Source: an uncultured virus (IMG/VR IMGVR_UViG_3300008117_000029)
Taxonomy: Duplodnaviria; Heunggongvirae; Uroviricota; Caudoviricetes
Strand: one strand, 5' to 3'
Length of the DNA: 64,000 nt
Virus record (IMG/VR): IMGVR_UViG_3300008117_000029
Coordinates: 1 to 64,000 of that record
Position numbers and translations under genes: made by a program. Shown in pieces: positions 10,253 to 20,062 of this stretch (position 1 is its first letter; each line of letters begins with the position of its first letter). Under the pieces are notes generated by a model. The model did no database searches. It saw only the letters and a program-made list of their open reading frames with translations, and had not been told where the DNA came from.

Positions 10253-10253
10253 C

Positions 10254-10619
10254 TTATCTCATTTTGTATGTTCCCTCGTCATTAGAAACATCCTTTTCAA
10301 TGAGATTTTGAAGTAGGTCGTCATCCAAATCAGCCATTGAGAAGCTTTCCTGTGAATTATTGGATTTTTCCCAAATACTAGACTGTAGTTTCGAAAGACT
10401 TATTTTTTTCTCAACACAATCGTTTACAATTTTTTGTTGTTTCTCTATAACGGGACCTATGGTTGTCATGTCTTCAGGGTCCTTTAACATTGACAACATT
10501 TTATTTTGGATACGAATAGCGGTTTGTCTTTGTTCTACAAGTTCGTTGTATATCTCTTGCATCAAGGCAAGGATGGAGTCCTTAGTGAAATTAATTTCTT
10601 TTCTTTGTGGTCTTGGCAT
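10254..10619 (-). CDS. Hypothetical coiled-coil protein
   Basis: 121 aa, helical, with TATTTAT 4 nt upstream. Confidence 0.75.
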   Translation of the reverse strand: MPRPQRKEINFTKDSILALMQEIYNELVEQRQTAIRIQNKMLSMLKDPEDMTTIGPVIEKQQKIVNDCVEKKISLSKLQSSIWEKSNNSQESFSMADLDDDLLQNLIEKDVSNDEGTYKMR

Positions 10620-10638
10620 ATCAATAAATACTTTTTCA

Positions 10639-11385
10639 TTAATTTTTTAATTTATGTTGAATAACCAAGTATAACTTTTTGAATCTTTTGATTGAACTTC
10701 TGATTTCTTTGGTGCTTAGATTTGTCATCTCTCTCAATGACAATAAGATTACATTTTTATTGAATTTATTGTTATCTGCGCCGGAGAAAATACTTTCGTA
10801 GTTGTCAAACAAGTCTATGAGTGCATAACCCAACTTTTTTTCATTTTCATTCAAGTTTTCTACCTCAATAAAATCCTTCAATTCTTTGAGATATTCTACA
10901 ATCAATACATCTGTTTCCAAAACGTCATCATCAATTGTGTAAATCATATCTGGACGCTCTTCAATCATTGAGGATATATCCTCATAAGATATTTTTCTGT
11001 TCGTCTCTTTTTGGTCTTTAATTATTTGACCCATCAAATAATTCTTACAAATAGTGCCGAAATAAGAATAAGCTTTTTTGTTTTTAGAGGGTTTGAATTT
11101 ATCCACCTTTGTCATCAGGAAAGAATGAGTGTCAGTGTGTATTTCAATGAAATCCATATCTTTACGATACAATTTGTATCTTCGGATAATAGATGATATC
11201 ATCTTATCCAAAGGAGCTCTTAGGAATTCGTTATAGATTTTATTTTTTTCTTCTGAAGATTCGGCTAACAAAAAGTTTCTTACCGCAGTCTCTTCCCTTA
11301 CGTCAAAATAATTTTCTTTAACTGCTTTCCTACCCCTTTTTTTCGATGATATATCTTCTGTTAAAGCGGAGAGGGTTTCTTGCAT
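10639..11385 (-). CDS. Phage RNA polymerase sigma factor (gp55-like late sigma)
   Basis: KFKPSKNKKAYSYFGTICKNYL resembles sigma region 2 of T4 gp55-type factors. C-terminal helix-turn-helix-like LREMTNLSTKEIR. Confidence 0.65.
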   Translation of the reverse strand: MQETLSALTEDISSKKRGRKAVKENYFDVREETAVRNFLLAESSEEKNKIYNEFLRAPLDKMISSIIRRYKLYRKDMDFIEIHTDTHSFLMTKVDKFKPSKNKKAYSYFGTICKNYLMGQIIKDQKETNRKISYEDISSMIEERPDMIYTIDDDVLETDVLIVEYLKELKDFIEVENLNENEKKLGYALIDLFDNYESIFSGADNNKFNKNVILLSLREMTNLSTKEIRSSIKRFKKLYLVIQHKLKN

Positions 11386-12191
11386 TACGCATTTGGTGAT
11401 TCATATTTTATGACTCTGTCGTCAGTAAAGAAATATTCTTTCTTGGCTGTCTGTAGCCAAAACTTAACTTCATCTTCTAACATTTTCGAATCACCATTTT
11501 TGTAATTCCAAAATATTGAACCCTCTCTAAGGTTAACGTGTTTGTAACCAAGTTTGGGTATAGTCATAATAGAAACTGAATTATACGTAAGTCTCAAAAG
11601 GAACTCATAAATAAAAGTGAGTTTGATTGAGGGTTTGAAACCACCAAAATCATCAATCAAAGATTTTTTGAATACTGACCCTGCGGTTTGGAAGTTCTGA
11701 TAATCTTGAAGTGTGTCATTTGTCAAGAATCCCATTTCTTGTGTAAAGTTTGCCGCAAACGTTGCTTCATTTGTGAAACCAGCGAAGGTCCCTTTTTCGT
11801 CCACTTCGACAACTACTGGTAAGAACATCTGAACATCAGGATATGATTCAGCGTATTTCTTTACATTTTTGAACCAAATATTTGAGTATTCATCATCAAA
11901 TTCAAAAAGAGAAATCCAAGTTGCTTTCGCATTTTTAATTCCGAAGTTGACTTGAGAACAGTAATTAGGTTTTTGACTCCACTCTAATAATTTTACATTC
12001 AGATTTTCGAAATTATAACTTTTCAAAAATTCTTGAAGTGATTCTTCAATTGAATGAACGATTAGAATTTCCTCTAGCTCTACAGACTGATTTTTGATTG
12101 AATTGATTGCTTTATTAAAATACTCTTCAAAGTCTTTTGCTTTAGAAGATTTGATAGGTAATATTACAGATACTGAAAATTTGTTTTCCAT
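11385..12191 (-). CDS. Glycosyltransferase family 2 (GT-A)
   Basis: SVILPI, NFGIKNA and FEFDD (DxD-like) motifs. Confidence 0.85.
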   Translation of the reverse strand: MENKFSVSVILPIKSSKAKDFEEYFNKAINSIKNQSVELEEILIVHSIEESLQEFLKSYNFENLNVKLLEWSQKPNYCSQVNFGIKNAKATWISLFEFDDEYSNIWFKNVKKYAESYPDVQMFLPVVVEVDEKGTFAGFTNEATFAANFTQEMGFLTNDTLQDYQNFQTAGSVFKKSLIDDFGGFKPSIKLTFIYEFLLRLTYNSVSIMTIPKLGYKHVNLREGSIFWNYKNGDSKMLEDEVKFWLQTAKKEYFFTDDRVIKYESPNA

Positions 12192-12192
12192 A

Positions 12193-13242
12193 TTAGTTTT
12201 CTGTTTTTGACATTTGTTCTTTAAATGAGTTTGCTCTTGTGGTTAGATACGATTGAAATAGTTCAACTGCGTTCTCTTCAAACTCTTGTTTATTTGAGAA
12301 AGTTTCTGCTGTTTTTTGAAATTGTTCGTAAAGTTCAGGTTTGATGTTATCCTCCAACCAATTTTGAACAAAATCTGCTAATACATCAGGGAATAATGTT
12401 TGGTCTGTAATCCATATCCCATTGTCTTCGTTCATCCAATCGGGCATCAAATCTGGAATTTTGCCAATACAAGGAACACCACATTTCATGGATTCTAAAG
12501 GAAATGTTCCAAATCCACTCTTATCGTCAATCCAAACGCTGACAAAACATTCTTTCAAAGAGTTTGCAAATTCTGTTTCCGACAACCCTCTTAAGTCTCG
12601 GAAGGTAAACCATCTATATTGTGGAAACCTGAGATAAAAAGTTTTGATTATGTTCACCGCATCAGATTGTTCTTTGGTGTGAATACCAATAATCGGCATT
12701 GGTGGTAAATTTTTTGGTTGGAACTTATCATTTATATAAGGTTTCAAAACATCAATTGAGGATTGTCTCATTACCTTCTCGATATATTCTTTTTGTTTGA
12801 AATTGGTAGTTATACATTTGTAAAATCCAAACTGTGACCACGATTGACCTGGATTGAGAGTTTCTAACATGTGAGCATATTGTTGAGTTATAACAATTTT
12901 AGCACATGGCAATTGTTTAACTTGCTCCATAACGTATCCAAATATCTCGGGGATTACCAAAAAGTCTTCGGGAGAAATTTCTAAATTCTCACCTTCAATT
13001 GTTTTATGAGGAATCTTCATGTATTCCTCACCCATCCAATTTACACCTAAGTAATCTTTCTTTTCATGTAAAATGATTGGATTGAATCCATTATCCAAAA
13101 GGGTTTTTGCAACTTGATAGATAAATCTAACAGAAGCTTTAGCGTTGTTTTTGGTATCTTGAACCAAAAAATAAATTCTGGCTTTTTTGTCTTCCAAATT
13201 TTTGATTGAAATTTCTAATTTTTCTTTTACTGGTGCCTGCAT
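12193..13242 (-). CDS. Glycosyltransferase, GT-B (GT4-like)
   Basis: SGFGTFPLESMKCGVPCIG matches the GT4 E-x7-E region. Confidence 0.75.
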   Translation of the reverse strand: MQAPVKEKLEISIKNLEDKKARIYFLVQDTKNNAKASVRFIYQVAKTLLDNGFNPIILHEKKDYLGVNWMGEEYMKIPHKTIEGENLEISPEDFLVIPEIFGYVMEQVKQLPCAKIVITQQYAHMLETLNPGQSWSQFGFYKCITTNFKQKEYIEKVMRQSSIDVLKPYINDKFQPKNLPPMPIIGIHTKEQSDAVNIIKTFYLRFPQYRWFTFRDLRGLSETEFANSLKECFVSVWIDDKSGFGTFPLESMKCGVPCIGKIPDLMPDWMNEDNGIWITDQTLFPDVLADFVQNWLEDNIKPELYEQFQKTAETFSNKQEFEENAVELFQSYLTTRANSFKEQMSKTEN

Positions 13243-13243
13243 A

Positions 13244-13525
13244 TCAATAATGATTTATTAATTTTTTGTTTAGTAAGGTATTAAATGCCAATTTGAACGG
13301 TATACTAACGTTCTTCGGATTGTTTAAACCTAACTTATCTTCGAGAGGTTCCTGTTCTGATAGAACAGTTTCTAATAATAATTTTATGAGTTCAAATTTA
13401 ATAACATTTATTCTCATTTCAGATGTTCCTGAAAGTGGCTCGTAGTTTTCATCATTGGACATGTCTAAATAATTTTCGACTTTATCCAAATCGATATAAT
13501 AAGTTTCACCTAAAACACTAATCAT
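13244..13525 (-). CDS. Hypothetical protein
   Basis: 93 aa, coupled within the operon. Confidence 0.75.
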   Translation of the reverse strand: MISVLGETYYIDLDKVENYLDMSNDENYEPLSGTSEMRINVIKFELIKLLLETVLSEQEPLEDKLGLNNPKNVSIPFKLAFNTLLNKKLINHY

Positions 13526-14111
13526 AAAGTTTGTTCAATTTTGATTTCAATTCTCCTATCGACTGAATTGAATGGTTTGTATTTATATCCTTATTGTATG
13601 ACGTTTCATATTTAATGACTTCCACATTAGAAGGATGATTTAATAATAGGTTTGGATTTGCAGTAAGTAAAACGTCTACGCTGTCCCAAAGATAATTTAT
13701 TGTAGATTCACTATAAAATTTGACGTTTTCTGTAAGACATCCGAACTTGGATAGAAAAAATAAAGAAGCTGGTTTCGATTTTCCTATTTCGTCAGAAACA
13801 ACAATAATATCATGTTCTTCTCTCATGTCCAAATAAAAATCATTAAAATCATTCATACCGTTATATTCCTTAGAACCGGCATGACCGAATATTTCCATAG
13901 TATACTCTTTGTATAAGAAATTATATAATTCATCTTCATCTTTAAATTTAAGATGTTTCATAATTTCTAAGGAATTCAATTCTGAAAAAACTTCACCTTT
14001 AGGTTCTTCGTCATCATCGAAACGATTTTCTATAAACCACTTCTCATAAACTTCTTGAATCTTTTTTAAGGTGTCTCTTAAAACTCCATTTATTTCGATT
14101 CCAATTCTCAT
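13518..14111 (-). CDS. HAD-fold 5'(3')-nucleotidase-like protein with a degenerate motif I
   Basis: MRIGIEINGVLRD resembles IGIDIDGVL of NT5C-type HAD proteins. Confidence 0.6.
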   Translation of the reverse strand: MRIGIEINGVLRDTLKKIQEVYEKWFIENRFDDDEEPKGEVFSELNSLEIMKHLKFKDEDELYNFLYKEYTMEIFGHAGSKEYNGMNDFNDFYLDMREEHDIIVVSDEIGKSKPASLFFLSKFGCLTENVKFYSESTINYLWDSVDVLLTANPNLLLNHPSNVEVIKYETSYNKDINTNHSIQSIGELKSKLNKLYD

Positions 14112-14842
14112 TGTTCGTATTTTTTTAATATTTTCGAAATCAATGGATTTCTAACTACATCATAAGGTTTGAATTCGAAAATGCCAACATCTTCAATGTC
14201 ATCGAATCTTCTAATCACGTCCCATAAACCTGTTTGTGTTTTATCTTTATGTCTGTCAAATTGTTCCAAATCCCCTGATATGAAAAATTTCGAATTGAAT
14301 CCTATTCTTGTCAATAATAATTTCATTTGACTCGGAGTTGAGTTTTGAGCTTCTTCGAAAATGAGTATTGAATTATCAATATTCATACCTCTCATATAAG
14401 CTAATGCAAAGACCTCAATAGCTTCAGCTTCCTTAAGTTTTTCTCTCGTCTCTTTACCTATTATTTTATTCAAAAGATAGTATGATGGAAAAATGTATGG
14501 GTCTAACTTTTCTTCAACGCCACCAGGTAAACTACCTAATTTTTCTTCTGCCTCCACCGCCGGTCTGACGATGATAATCTTTTCGAAAGGAGTTAGAGGG
14601 TCAGAAAGTAAGTCTATTGCACATTTCATTGCAACATAACTTTTACCAACACCTGCTGGTCCTGAACAGATTGTAATTTGATTATTTAAAAGTGTGTCGT
14701 AATATATTTTTTGATTTTCAGATAAAAATTTTTGTTTGGTTTTCTTTTTTACTATCGAACAAATTAAGTCTTTCTTTGTTTTTATTTGTGCCTCATCTCT
14801 CTGAGCGGTCGTTCCACTCAACTTTCTCGTCGTTTTTGCCAT
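14108..14842 (-). CDS. phoH: PhoH-family ATPase
   Basis: GPAGVGKS, RPAVEAEEKLGSLPG, YMRG, EEAQN, GDLEQ and VVRNPL motifs. Confidence 0.95.
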   Translation of the reverse strand: MAKTTRKLSGTTAQRDEAQIKTKKDLICSIVKKKTKQKFLSENQKIYYDTLLNNQITICSGPAGVGKSYVAMKCAIDLLSDPLTPFEKIIIVRPAVEAEEKLGSLPGGVEEKLDPYIFPSYYLLNKIIGKETREKLKEAEAIEVFALAYMRGMNIDNSILIFEEAQNSTPSQMKLLLTRIGFNSKFFISGDLEQFDRHKDKTQTGLWDVIRRFDDIEDVGIFEFKPYDVVRNPLISKILKKYEQ

Positions 14843-14858
14843 TGTATAAATTTAATTT

Positions 14859-15245
14859 TTATCTTTTGTAGTTCACATATTCTTTTACTTCTCTTATTTC
14901 AGATGAAGTGATTGAATTGATTTCGTTTTTCAATTCGAATCTTCTGTCGTTTGTGATATACACTTTTCTAGCCAAATCTATAAACTCACCCTCGAATTTA
15001 CTTTCAAGTTCCAAAACTCTGAGTCTATCCTCAATTTCCCACAGATTTGAGTTTGTGTTTACCAAATCGTGGTATAAATTTTCAATTGTCATATCGTTCA
15101 AATATTCTGAAGACAAGTTGTAAAGTAACTCGAATTCCTTTTTGATGTATTCAAGTTTTTCTGTATTTTTTACTTTTGTCTTTTTTACTTGAAGGATGGA
15201 AAGTTTATCAATTAACTCTCCGACACTAACAGGGACATTTATCAT
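14859..15245 (-). CDS. Conserved hypothetical protein (DUF6165-like), often found next to glycosyltransferases
   Basis: VPVSVGELIDKLSIL...LWEIED...ARKVYITNDRR. Family assignment is from recall. Confidence 0.7.
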   Translation of the reverse strand: MINVPVSVGELIDKLSILQVKKTKVKNTEKLEYIKKEFELLYNLSSEYLNDMTIENLYHDLVNTNSNLWEIEDRLRVLELESKFEGEFIDLARKVYITNDRRFELKNEINSITSSEIREVKEYVNYKR

Positions 15246-15246
15246 T

Positions 15247-16347
15247 TTATTTAATTTTTTTTCTAATTGGATTGTTTATTTCTCTTCTATAAACTGTTTT
15301 ACCATTGTCAGGTGTTTCATATATCCAAGGGGTTTGTGTCTCATAGTCATCAACCTGAGATTTAATCCATTGATATGTTTTTCTTATACCAACTTCTAAA
15401 GGTTGACTAACTTCCCATCCAATTTTTTCTCTATATAACTTGTTGTCTGAGTTTCTTCCCTTAACACCCAACGGACACTTGAAACCGTATTTTTTTTCAA
15501 ACTCTCGACCTGCAATATTTTTGACTTTTAATTTCTTACCTGAAATATTGATTGCTAGAATTGCTAATTCGTTGATTGAAACCATTTCTTCACTTCCTAT
15601 GTTGACAGGTCCGGTAAAGTCAGACTTCATTAATCTTAACACAGCTTCTACACATTCGTCTACATAAAGAAATGAACGGGTTTGATTACCCTCTCCCCAA
15701 ACCTCTATCTCATCACCGTCTTTTGATTCTGCAGCTTTTCTACACATCGCTGCGGGTGATTTTTCTCTACCCCCTTTCCAAGTTCCTTGAGGTCCAAAAA
15801 TATTATGAAATCTTGCTATTCTAACATTGAGTCCATAGTTTCTATGAAATGAAAGGAATACTCTCTCTGAGAATAACTTTTCCCATCCGTATTCCGAATC
15901 TGGATTTGCAGGATATGCTGAAGATTCTTCACAATTTGGATTGTTGGGGTCTAATTGATTGTGCTCGGGATACATACAAGCAGAAGAAGAGTAAAAAACC
16001 TTTCCTACTTTTTTCTTAACACATTCTCTTGCAACATTGAGATTAATCATTGCTGAGTTATACATTACATCTGCATCGTGTTCTCCTGTGAAAATATACA
16101 AAGCACCCCCCATATCTGCAGCTAACTGATAAATTTCGTCAACACCTTCTTCGATTACCAATTCCACAACCTTTGGGTCAGTCAAATCACCCAAAATAAA
16201 TTCATCACATATTTCATCTTGGAAAAAGTATTCATGTTTTTTTATATCACATATTCTAACGTGACATCCTTCTTCTTTTAATCTTTTAGCCAAATGCCCC
16301 CCTATGAATCCTCCACCACCTAAAACAACTACTTTTTTTTGTTTCAT
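15247..16347 (-). CDS. GDP-mannose 3,5-epimerase-like NAD-dependent epimerase
   Basis: GGGGFIG, LAADMGG, YSSSACMYP, YGWEK and EKSPAAMCRK, including the catalytic Cys/Lys pair of GME. Confidence 0.88.
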   Translation of the reverse strand: MKQKKVVVLGGGGFIGGHLAKRLKEEGCHVRICDIKKHEYFFQDEICDEFILGDLTDPKVVELVIEEGVDEIYQLAADMGGALYIFTGEHDADVMYNSAMINLNVARECVKKKVGKVFYSSSACMYPEHNQLDPNNPNCEESSAYPANPDSEYGWEKLFSERVFLSFHRNYGLNVRIARFHNIFGPQGTWKGGREKSPAAMCRKAAESKDGDEIEVWGEGNQTRSFLYVDECVEAVLRLMKSDFTGPVNIGSEEMVSINELAILAINISGKKLKVKNIAGREFEKKYGFKCPLGVKGRNSDNKLYREKIGWEVSQPLEVGIRKTYQWIKSQVDDYETQTPWIYETPDNGKTVYRREINNPIRKKIK

Positions 16348-16348
16348 A

Positions 16349-17164
16349 CTAATTTGTCATTTCATTTATAATTTTATTGATACCCTCTTTCAAGGATATC
16401 TCAGGTTTCCAAAAATTCAATATGTAAGGGTCGGGTTCGTTCTTTTTATTAAGTTGAACAGAATCTTTTTCGGTTGAAGGAATGACTTCACAAGGAATTG
16501 TCTCACGAATAATATTTGCAACTTCTAAAATTGTATTCCATTCAAAATTTGTTATGTGTAGGTTTTTTGACCTATCAATCTCATTATATTTTTGTGAAAG
16601 AATATACAAACAATTTGAACAATCCTCAGCATGTAAAAACTGTCTTTCTTCTGTTCCATCGGTCATCATTGTAATTTGACCTTTTTTAGCCTTTAATATG
16701 AAATCAGTCACAACGTGTGATTTTTCCAAATCATGTTCAGGTCCATACACGTTCCAAAACTTGACTGTGACTCCATTCAGTGCAGTTGAGAAAATCTCAC
16801 CTAAACTTTTACAAACTCCATATGGTGAATATGACATATTTGCCATTTGTGATGATGCAAATATAAAAGGTTTGTTATGTTTTTTCAAACTTTCAAAAGT
16901 GTATAGTGTTAGCTTTGTATTATTTTCAATAAATTCATATGTGTGTTGATATTTTTTCAAATATCTTGAACCACCAACATCAAAAGCCAAGAACATCACA
17001 AAATCAGATTCCATCACCAAATCATCAATGATATTTGGTATTCTTAAATCTTGACTGGGTATTTTAGCGTTATCAAATTCTATTACTGTTTCCCCTTTGT
17101 TTCTGAGGAATTTACATAATTCCATTCCGATTTGTCCTTCGGAGCCTAAAACAAGATATTTCAT
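16349..17164 (-). CDS. NAD-dependent sugar epimerase/dehydratase (extended SDR)
   Basis: GSEGQIG, FASS, YGVCK (YxxxK) and NVYGP motifs. Confidence 0.88.
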   Translation of the reverse strand: MKYLVLGSEGQIGMELCKFLRNKGETVIEFDNAKIPSQDLRIPNIIDDLVMESDFVMFLAFDVGGSRYLKKYQHTYEFIENNTKLTLYTFESLKKHNKPFIFASSQMANMSYSPYGVCKSLGEIFSTALNGVTVKFWNVYGPEHDLEKSHVVTDFILKAKKGQITMMTDGTEERQFLHAEDCSNCLYILSQKYNEIDRSKNLHITNFEWNTILEVANIIRETIPCEVIPSTEKDSVQLNKKNEPDPYILNFWKPEISLKEGINKIINEMTN

Positions 17165-17997
17165 TAGAATAAATTTTTAAGATAGTTTTCCCACATGTAA
17201 TCTTCTGCTAGTGGTAATTCCAACGCTTTCTTGAAATTTCTTTCAATTGCGGGCATCATGGACTGATATTTTTCTACAGTTAAACTTGACAAGTCGGGGT
17301 CATCCTCCAAGAATATTACTCCTGTTGGGTCGAAGTATTTCTCAACGACCTTCCTCGAACCATAATATACAGGGACAGTTCCCATAACAAAATTATCTGT
17401 AAGTTTCTCTGTGAAGTATGTGTCAGAATTATCATTTTCAATTGAGACTGAAAACATATAATCTCTCAATCCATCCTCTTTATCGTTTATTTGGTGGGGT
17501 CTGCCTGAACCGAATAGGTCCACTTTATCTTTCAATCTCTCAACCCATTGTAGTCTGTTTTGGTGACCCCTCAACCATCCTTTATTGGATGCAATCATGG
17601 ATACAAGTTTAGTTTTTGGGTGTATCATTCTATTTCTTTCCCAAATCCAAGGAACCGCATTTGATATATTGTAAACAAATGGTGCACCCATTTCGACAAG
17701 ACTATCCATACAAGTGAATATCCACTTATAATGTTCCCTTGTTTTGTCAATATTATCTAAGAGATATTTGATTGTGTGCTCATTCATCTGTGGTGATTCG
17801 AGTAACCATCCAATTTTTTCTCTTGATGGGTCATTGAATCCCCAATCTTTAATGTAGTTATCAACATATACACTAACTTCGTGTGGTGTTTCAGTTTCTC
17901 TAGATAGCCATTGTATATACTTTGGCATGTTGCGGTTTGATGAACAATCATATTCACCCCACCAATCTGATACTTTCCTGATTAATTTTTTTTCCAT
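17164..17997 (-). CDS. GT10-like (alpha-1,3-fucosyltransferase-family) glycosyltransferase
   Basis: YMFSVSIENDNSDTYFTEKLTD...GTVPVYYG is the GT10 signature. Confidence 0.8.
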   Translation of the reverse strand: MEKKLIRKVSDWWGEYDCSSNRNMPKYIQWLSRETETPHEVSVYVDNYIKDWGFNDPSREKIGWLLESPQMNEHTIKYLLDNIDKTREHYKWIFTCMDSLVEMGAPFVYNISNAVPWIWERNRMIHPKTKLVSMIASNKGWLRGHQNRLQWVERLKDKVDLFGSGRPHQINDKEDGLRDYMFSVSIENDNSDTYFTEKLTDNFVMGTVPVYYGSRKVVEKYFDPTGVIFLEDDPDLSSLTVEKYQSMMPAIERNFKKALELPLAEDYMWENYLKNLF

Positions 17998-18000
17998 TTT

Positions 18001-18609
18001 TTATCTTTTAATATATGCTCCACCATAAGTCCCATTATGGGTTAATTCAAATTGGAGATTATGTTTATTTATCCATTCGTTGAAGGCCTGCCTTTCGTGA
18101 TGGTCATATTCAGAATTCCCACCATGCCAATCATCAAATCTTATGAAAACCTCTGACCATTCACATTTTAACAAAAATTCGAGTGATGATACCGTTGGTT
18201 CATATATGTCTACATCAACATTACATATAGAAATTTTTCCGATTCCGTAATCTGATGGATGTGTTAATTTGTGAATATCTGAGATAATTGGTTTTATATT
18301 TGGCTTACTTGATAGTTTTTGCAGGGCCTCATCTATTGTTTTTGGAAACTCGCAACCTTTTGCGTTCCATGCACCCAACGCAAAAGAACCTTCCCTCCAA
18401 TCACTTGAGGATGGTAATGGTTTGGAACTTTTTCCAAGTCCTTGAAAATGGTCAATTGTGAATACTGTTTTGTCAGGAAACATTGTGGCAAGTTGGATTG
18501 CACTTTGACAAGTGCAAGTTCCAAACTCCAAAACATCACCAATTAGAGAATATTTTTTCGATATCTCTTTTAAAATTTCTAATTTACATGAAAGGTTTGA
18601 GTTGTTCAT
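18001..18609 (-). CDS. TylF/MycF-like SAM-dependent O-methyltransferase, paralog 2
   Basis: GDVLEFG, DHFQGL, NVDVDIYEP and FDDW motifs. Confidence 0.8.
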   Translation of the reverse strand: MNNSNLSCKLEILKEISKKYSLIGDVLEFGTCTCQSAIQLATMFPDKTVFTIDHFQGLGKSSKPLPSSSDWREGSFALGAWNAKGCEFPKTIDEALQKLSSKPNIKPIISDIHKLTHPSDYGIGKISICNVDVDIYEPTVSSLEFLLKCEWSEVFIRFDDWHGGNSEYDHHERQAFNEWINKHNLQFELTHNGTYGGAYIKR

Positions 18610-19238
18610 CTTGCTCTTTTTACGTGGACCCCACCTATATAACCACCGTGAGTTATTTGGAAATCATATTTATATTTTTCAATCCACTCTACGAATGCTA
18701 AACGTTCATGTTGGTCGTATTCGGATTCACCTCCGTGCCAATCGTCAAACCTGATGAATATCTCGGACCATTCGCATTTTGTTAAAAACTCTAATGAAGA
18801 AACTGCTGGTTCATAAATGTCAACATCAAGGTTACATATGGAAATTTTTGAGATATTATAATCCGAAGGTTCAGTTAAGTCATGGATATCCGATATAATC
18901 ATTTCGATATTATTATGACCTTTGAATCTATTTTTAAGTTCTTCTATAGATTTTGGAACACTAGAAATATGTTTATACAAAGGATTGTCCAAAGCAAATG
19001 CTCTCTCAATCCAATCACTATCTTTAGGAACGTTTTTGTTTGTTTTTTCTAACCCTTGAAAATGGTCTATTGTGAAGATGGTTTTATCGGGGAAAAGACC
19101 TGAAAGGACTTTGGTGCTCCCACCTGTGAAAGTTCCAAATTCAATTACATCACCATCCAATTTGAAGTTTCGAGATGTAACAATTTTTTTTACGTCAGAT
19201 ATTTGACAAGATTCGCTGTTTGGACTTGTATTAATCAT
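18606..19238 (-). CDS. TylF/MycF-like SAM-dependent O-methyltransferase, paralog 1
   Basis: GDVIEFGTFTGGS, DHFQGL, NLDVDIYEP and FDDW motifs. Confidence 0.82.
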   Translation of the reverse strand: MINTSPNSESCQISDVKKIVTSRNFKLDGDVIEFGTFTGGSTKVLSGLFPDKTIFTIDHFQGLEKTNKNVPKDSDWIERAFALDNPLYKHISSVPKSIEELKNRFKGHNNIEMIISDIHDLTEPSDYNISKISICNLDVDIYEPAVSSLEFLTKCEWSEIFIRFDDWHGGESEYDQHERLAFVEWIEKYKYDFQITHGGYIGGVHVKRAR

Positions 19239-20061
19239 TTTTTAGAGGAATTAATCTTCCACCCTCAACCCAATCACAATTTATAGTGTGCCAGTAAGAT
19301 TCGTAGATATCCTTTGCATTAGGACCTTTAGGACCGAACCAACGAGATGGGGCGACAATTTTTTTATTTAAGTTTTTGTTCAAAAATACACCCCACCATG
19401 AAAAAGTGGAGTTTGATATTATGTGATTTTGACAGAGTCCCATTAAGTATAATTCTCTCCAATCCTCAGACTCATTTACATAAACTACACTTGGAAAATT
19501 TAAATTTTGTTTAACAAAATCGTGGTCATCACTGAAAACAAATACTGTTGAGTATTCCCCAATTACTTTTAGAGCTTCTTGAATATACTCTAAACTAATT
19601 GTTGGGTGAATCTCAGGGAATTGAAGATATTCACTTCTTCTGACGTGGAGAGATAAAGTATTTGGTTGGGATAATTGAGGATATTTTAATTTCATTTCTT
19701 CGACCAATTCAGGGTTAGGTTGAAAAATATCTCTTATTTTTTCATCGTATCCAAACCAATTTTTGGAACTTTGATAGTATCCATAGAATGAGGTATTGGT
19801 TTCCAGTGGATTCACTTCAGAATACTCGAAAGGTCCTTCATATACGTGTGTAAAACCTTCAATCTTATCTGAAAATTCCAAGTTTCTGAATACGTTATCG
19901 ATGTAATTTTTAGCATTTCTCCCTTGACCTGGTGTCCAAGAATCAGGAAAGAATTTTACCTCTCTGTTGTGTTTCCAGCCTTGAGCTAAAGCGTGTGCAG
20001 CCTCAAACAATTGATTTCCTAATCCACCCATAAGGTGTGCTGATATTAAATTCGACATCAC
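19231..20061 (-). CDS. GT11 alpha-1,2-fucosyltransferase-like protein
   Basis: GGLGNQLF, GYYQS, SLHVRR, FSDD and NSTFSWWG motifs. Confidence 0.92.
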   Translation of the reverse strand: MMSNLISAHLMGGLGNQLFEAAHALAQGWKHNREVKFFPDSWTPGQGRNAKNYIDNVFRNLEFSDKIEGFTHVYEGPFEYSEVNPLETNTSFYGYYQSSKNWFGYDEKIRDIFQPNPELVEEMKLKYPQLSQPNTLSLHVRRSEYLQFPEIHPTISLEYIQEALKVIGEYSTVFVFSDDHDFVKQNLNFPSVVYVNESEDWRELYLMGLCQNHIISNSTFSWWGVFLNKNLNKKIVAPSRWFGPKGPNAKDIYESYWHTINCDWVEGGRLIPLKND

Positions 20062-20062
20062 T

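Noticed and set aside
15247..15330. C-terminal tail WIYETPDNGKTVYRR on the epimerase as a separate functional module
   Set aside because: It is too short to support any claim without a database search.
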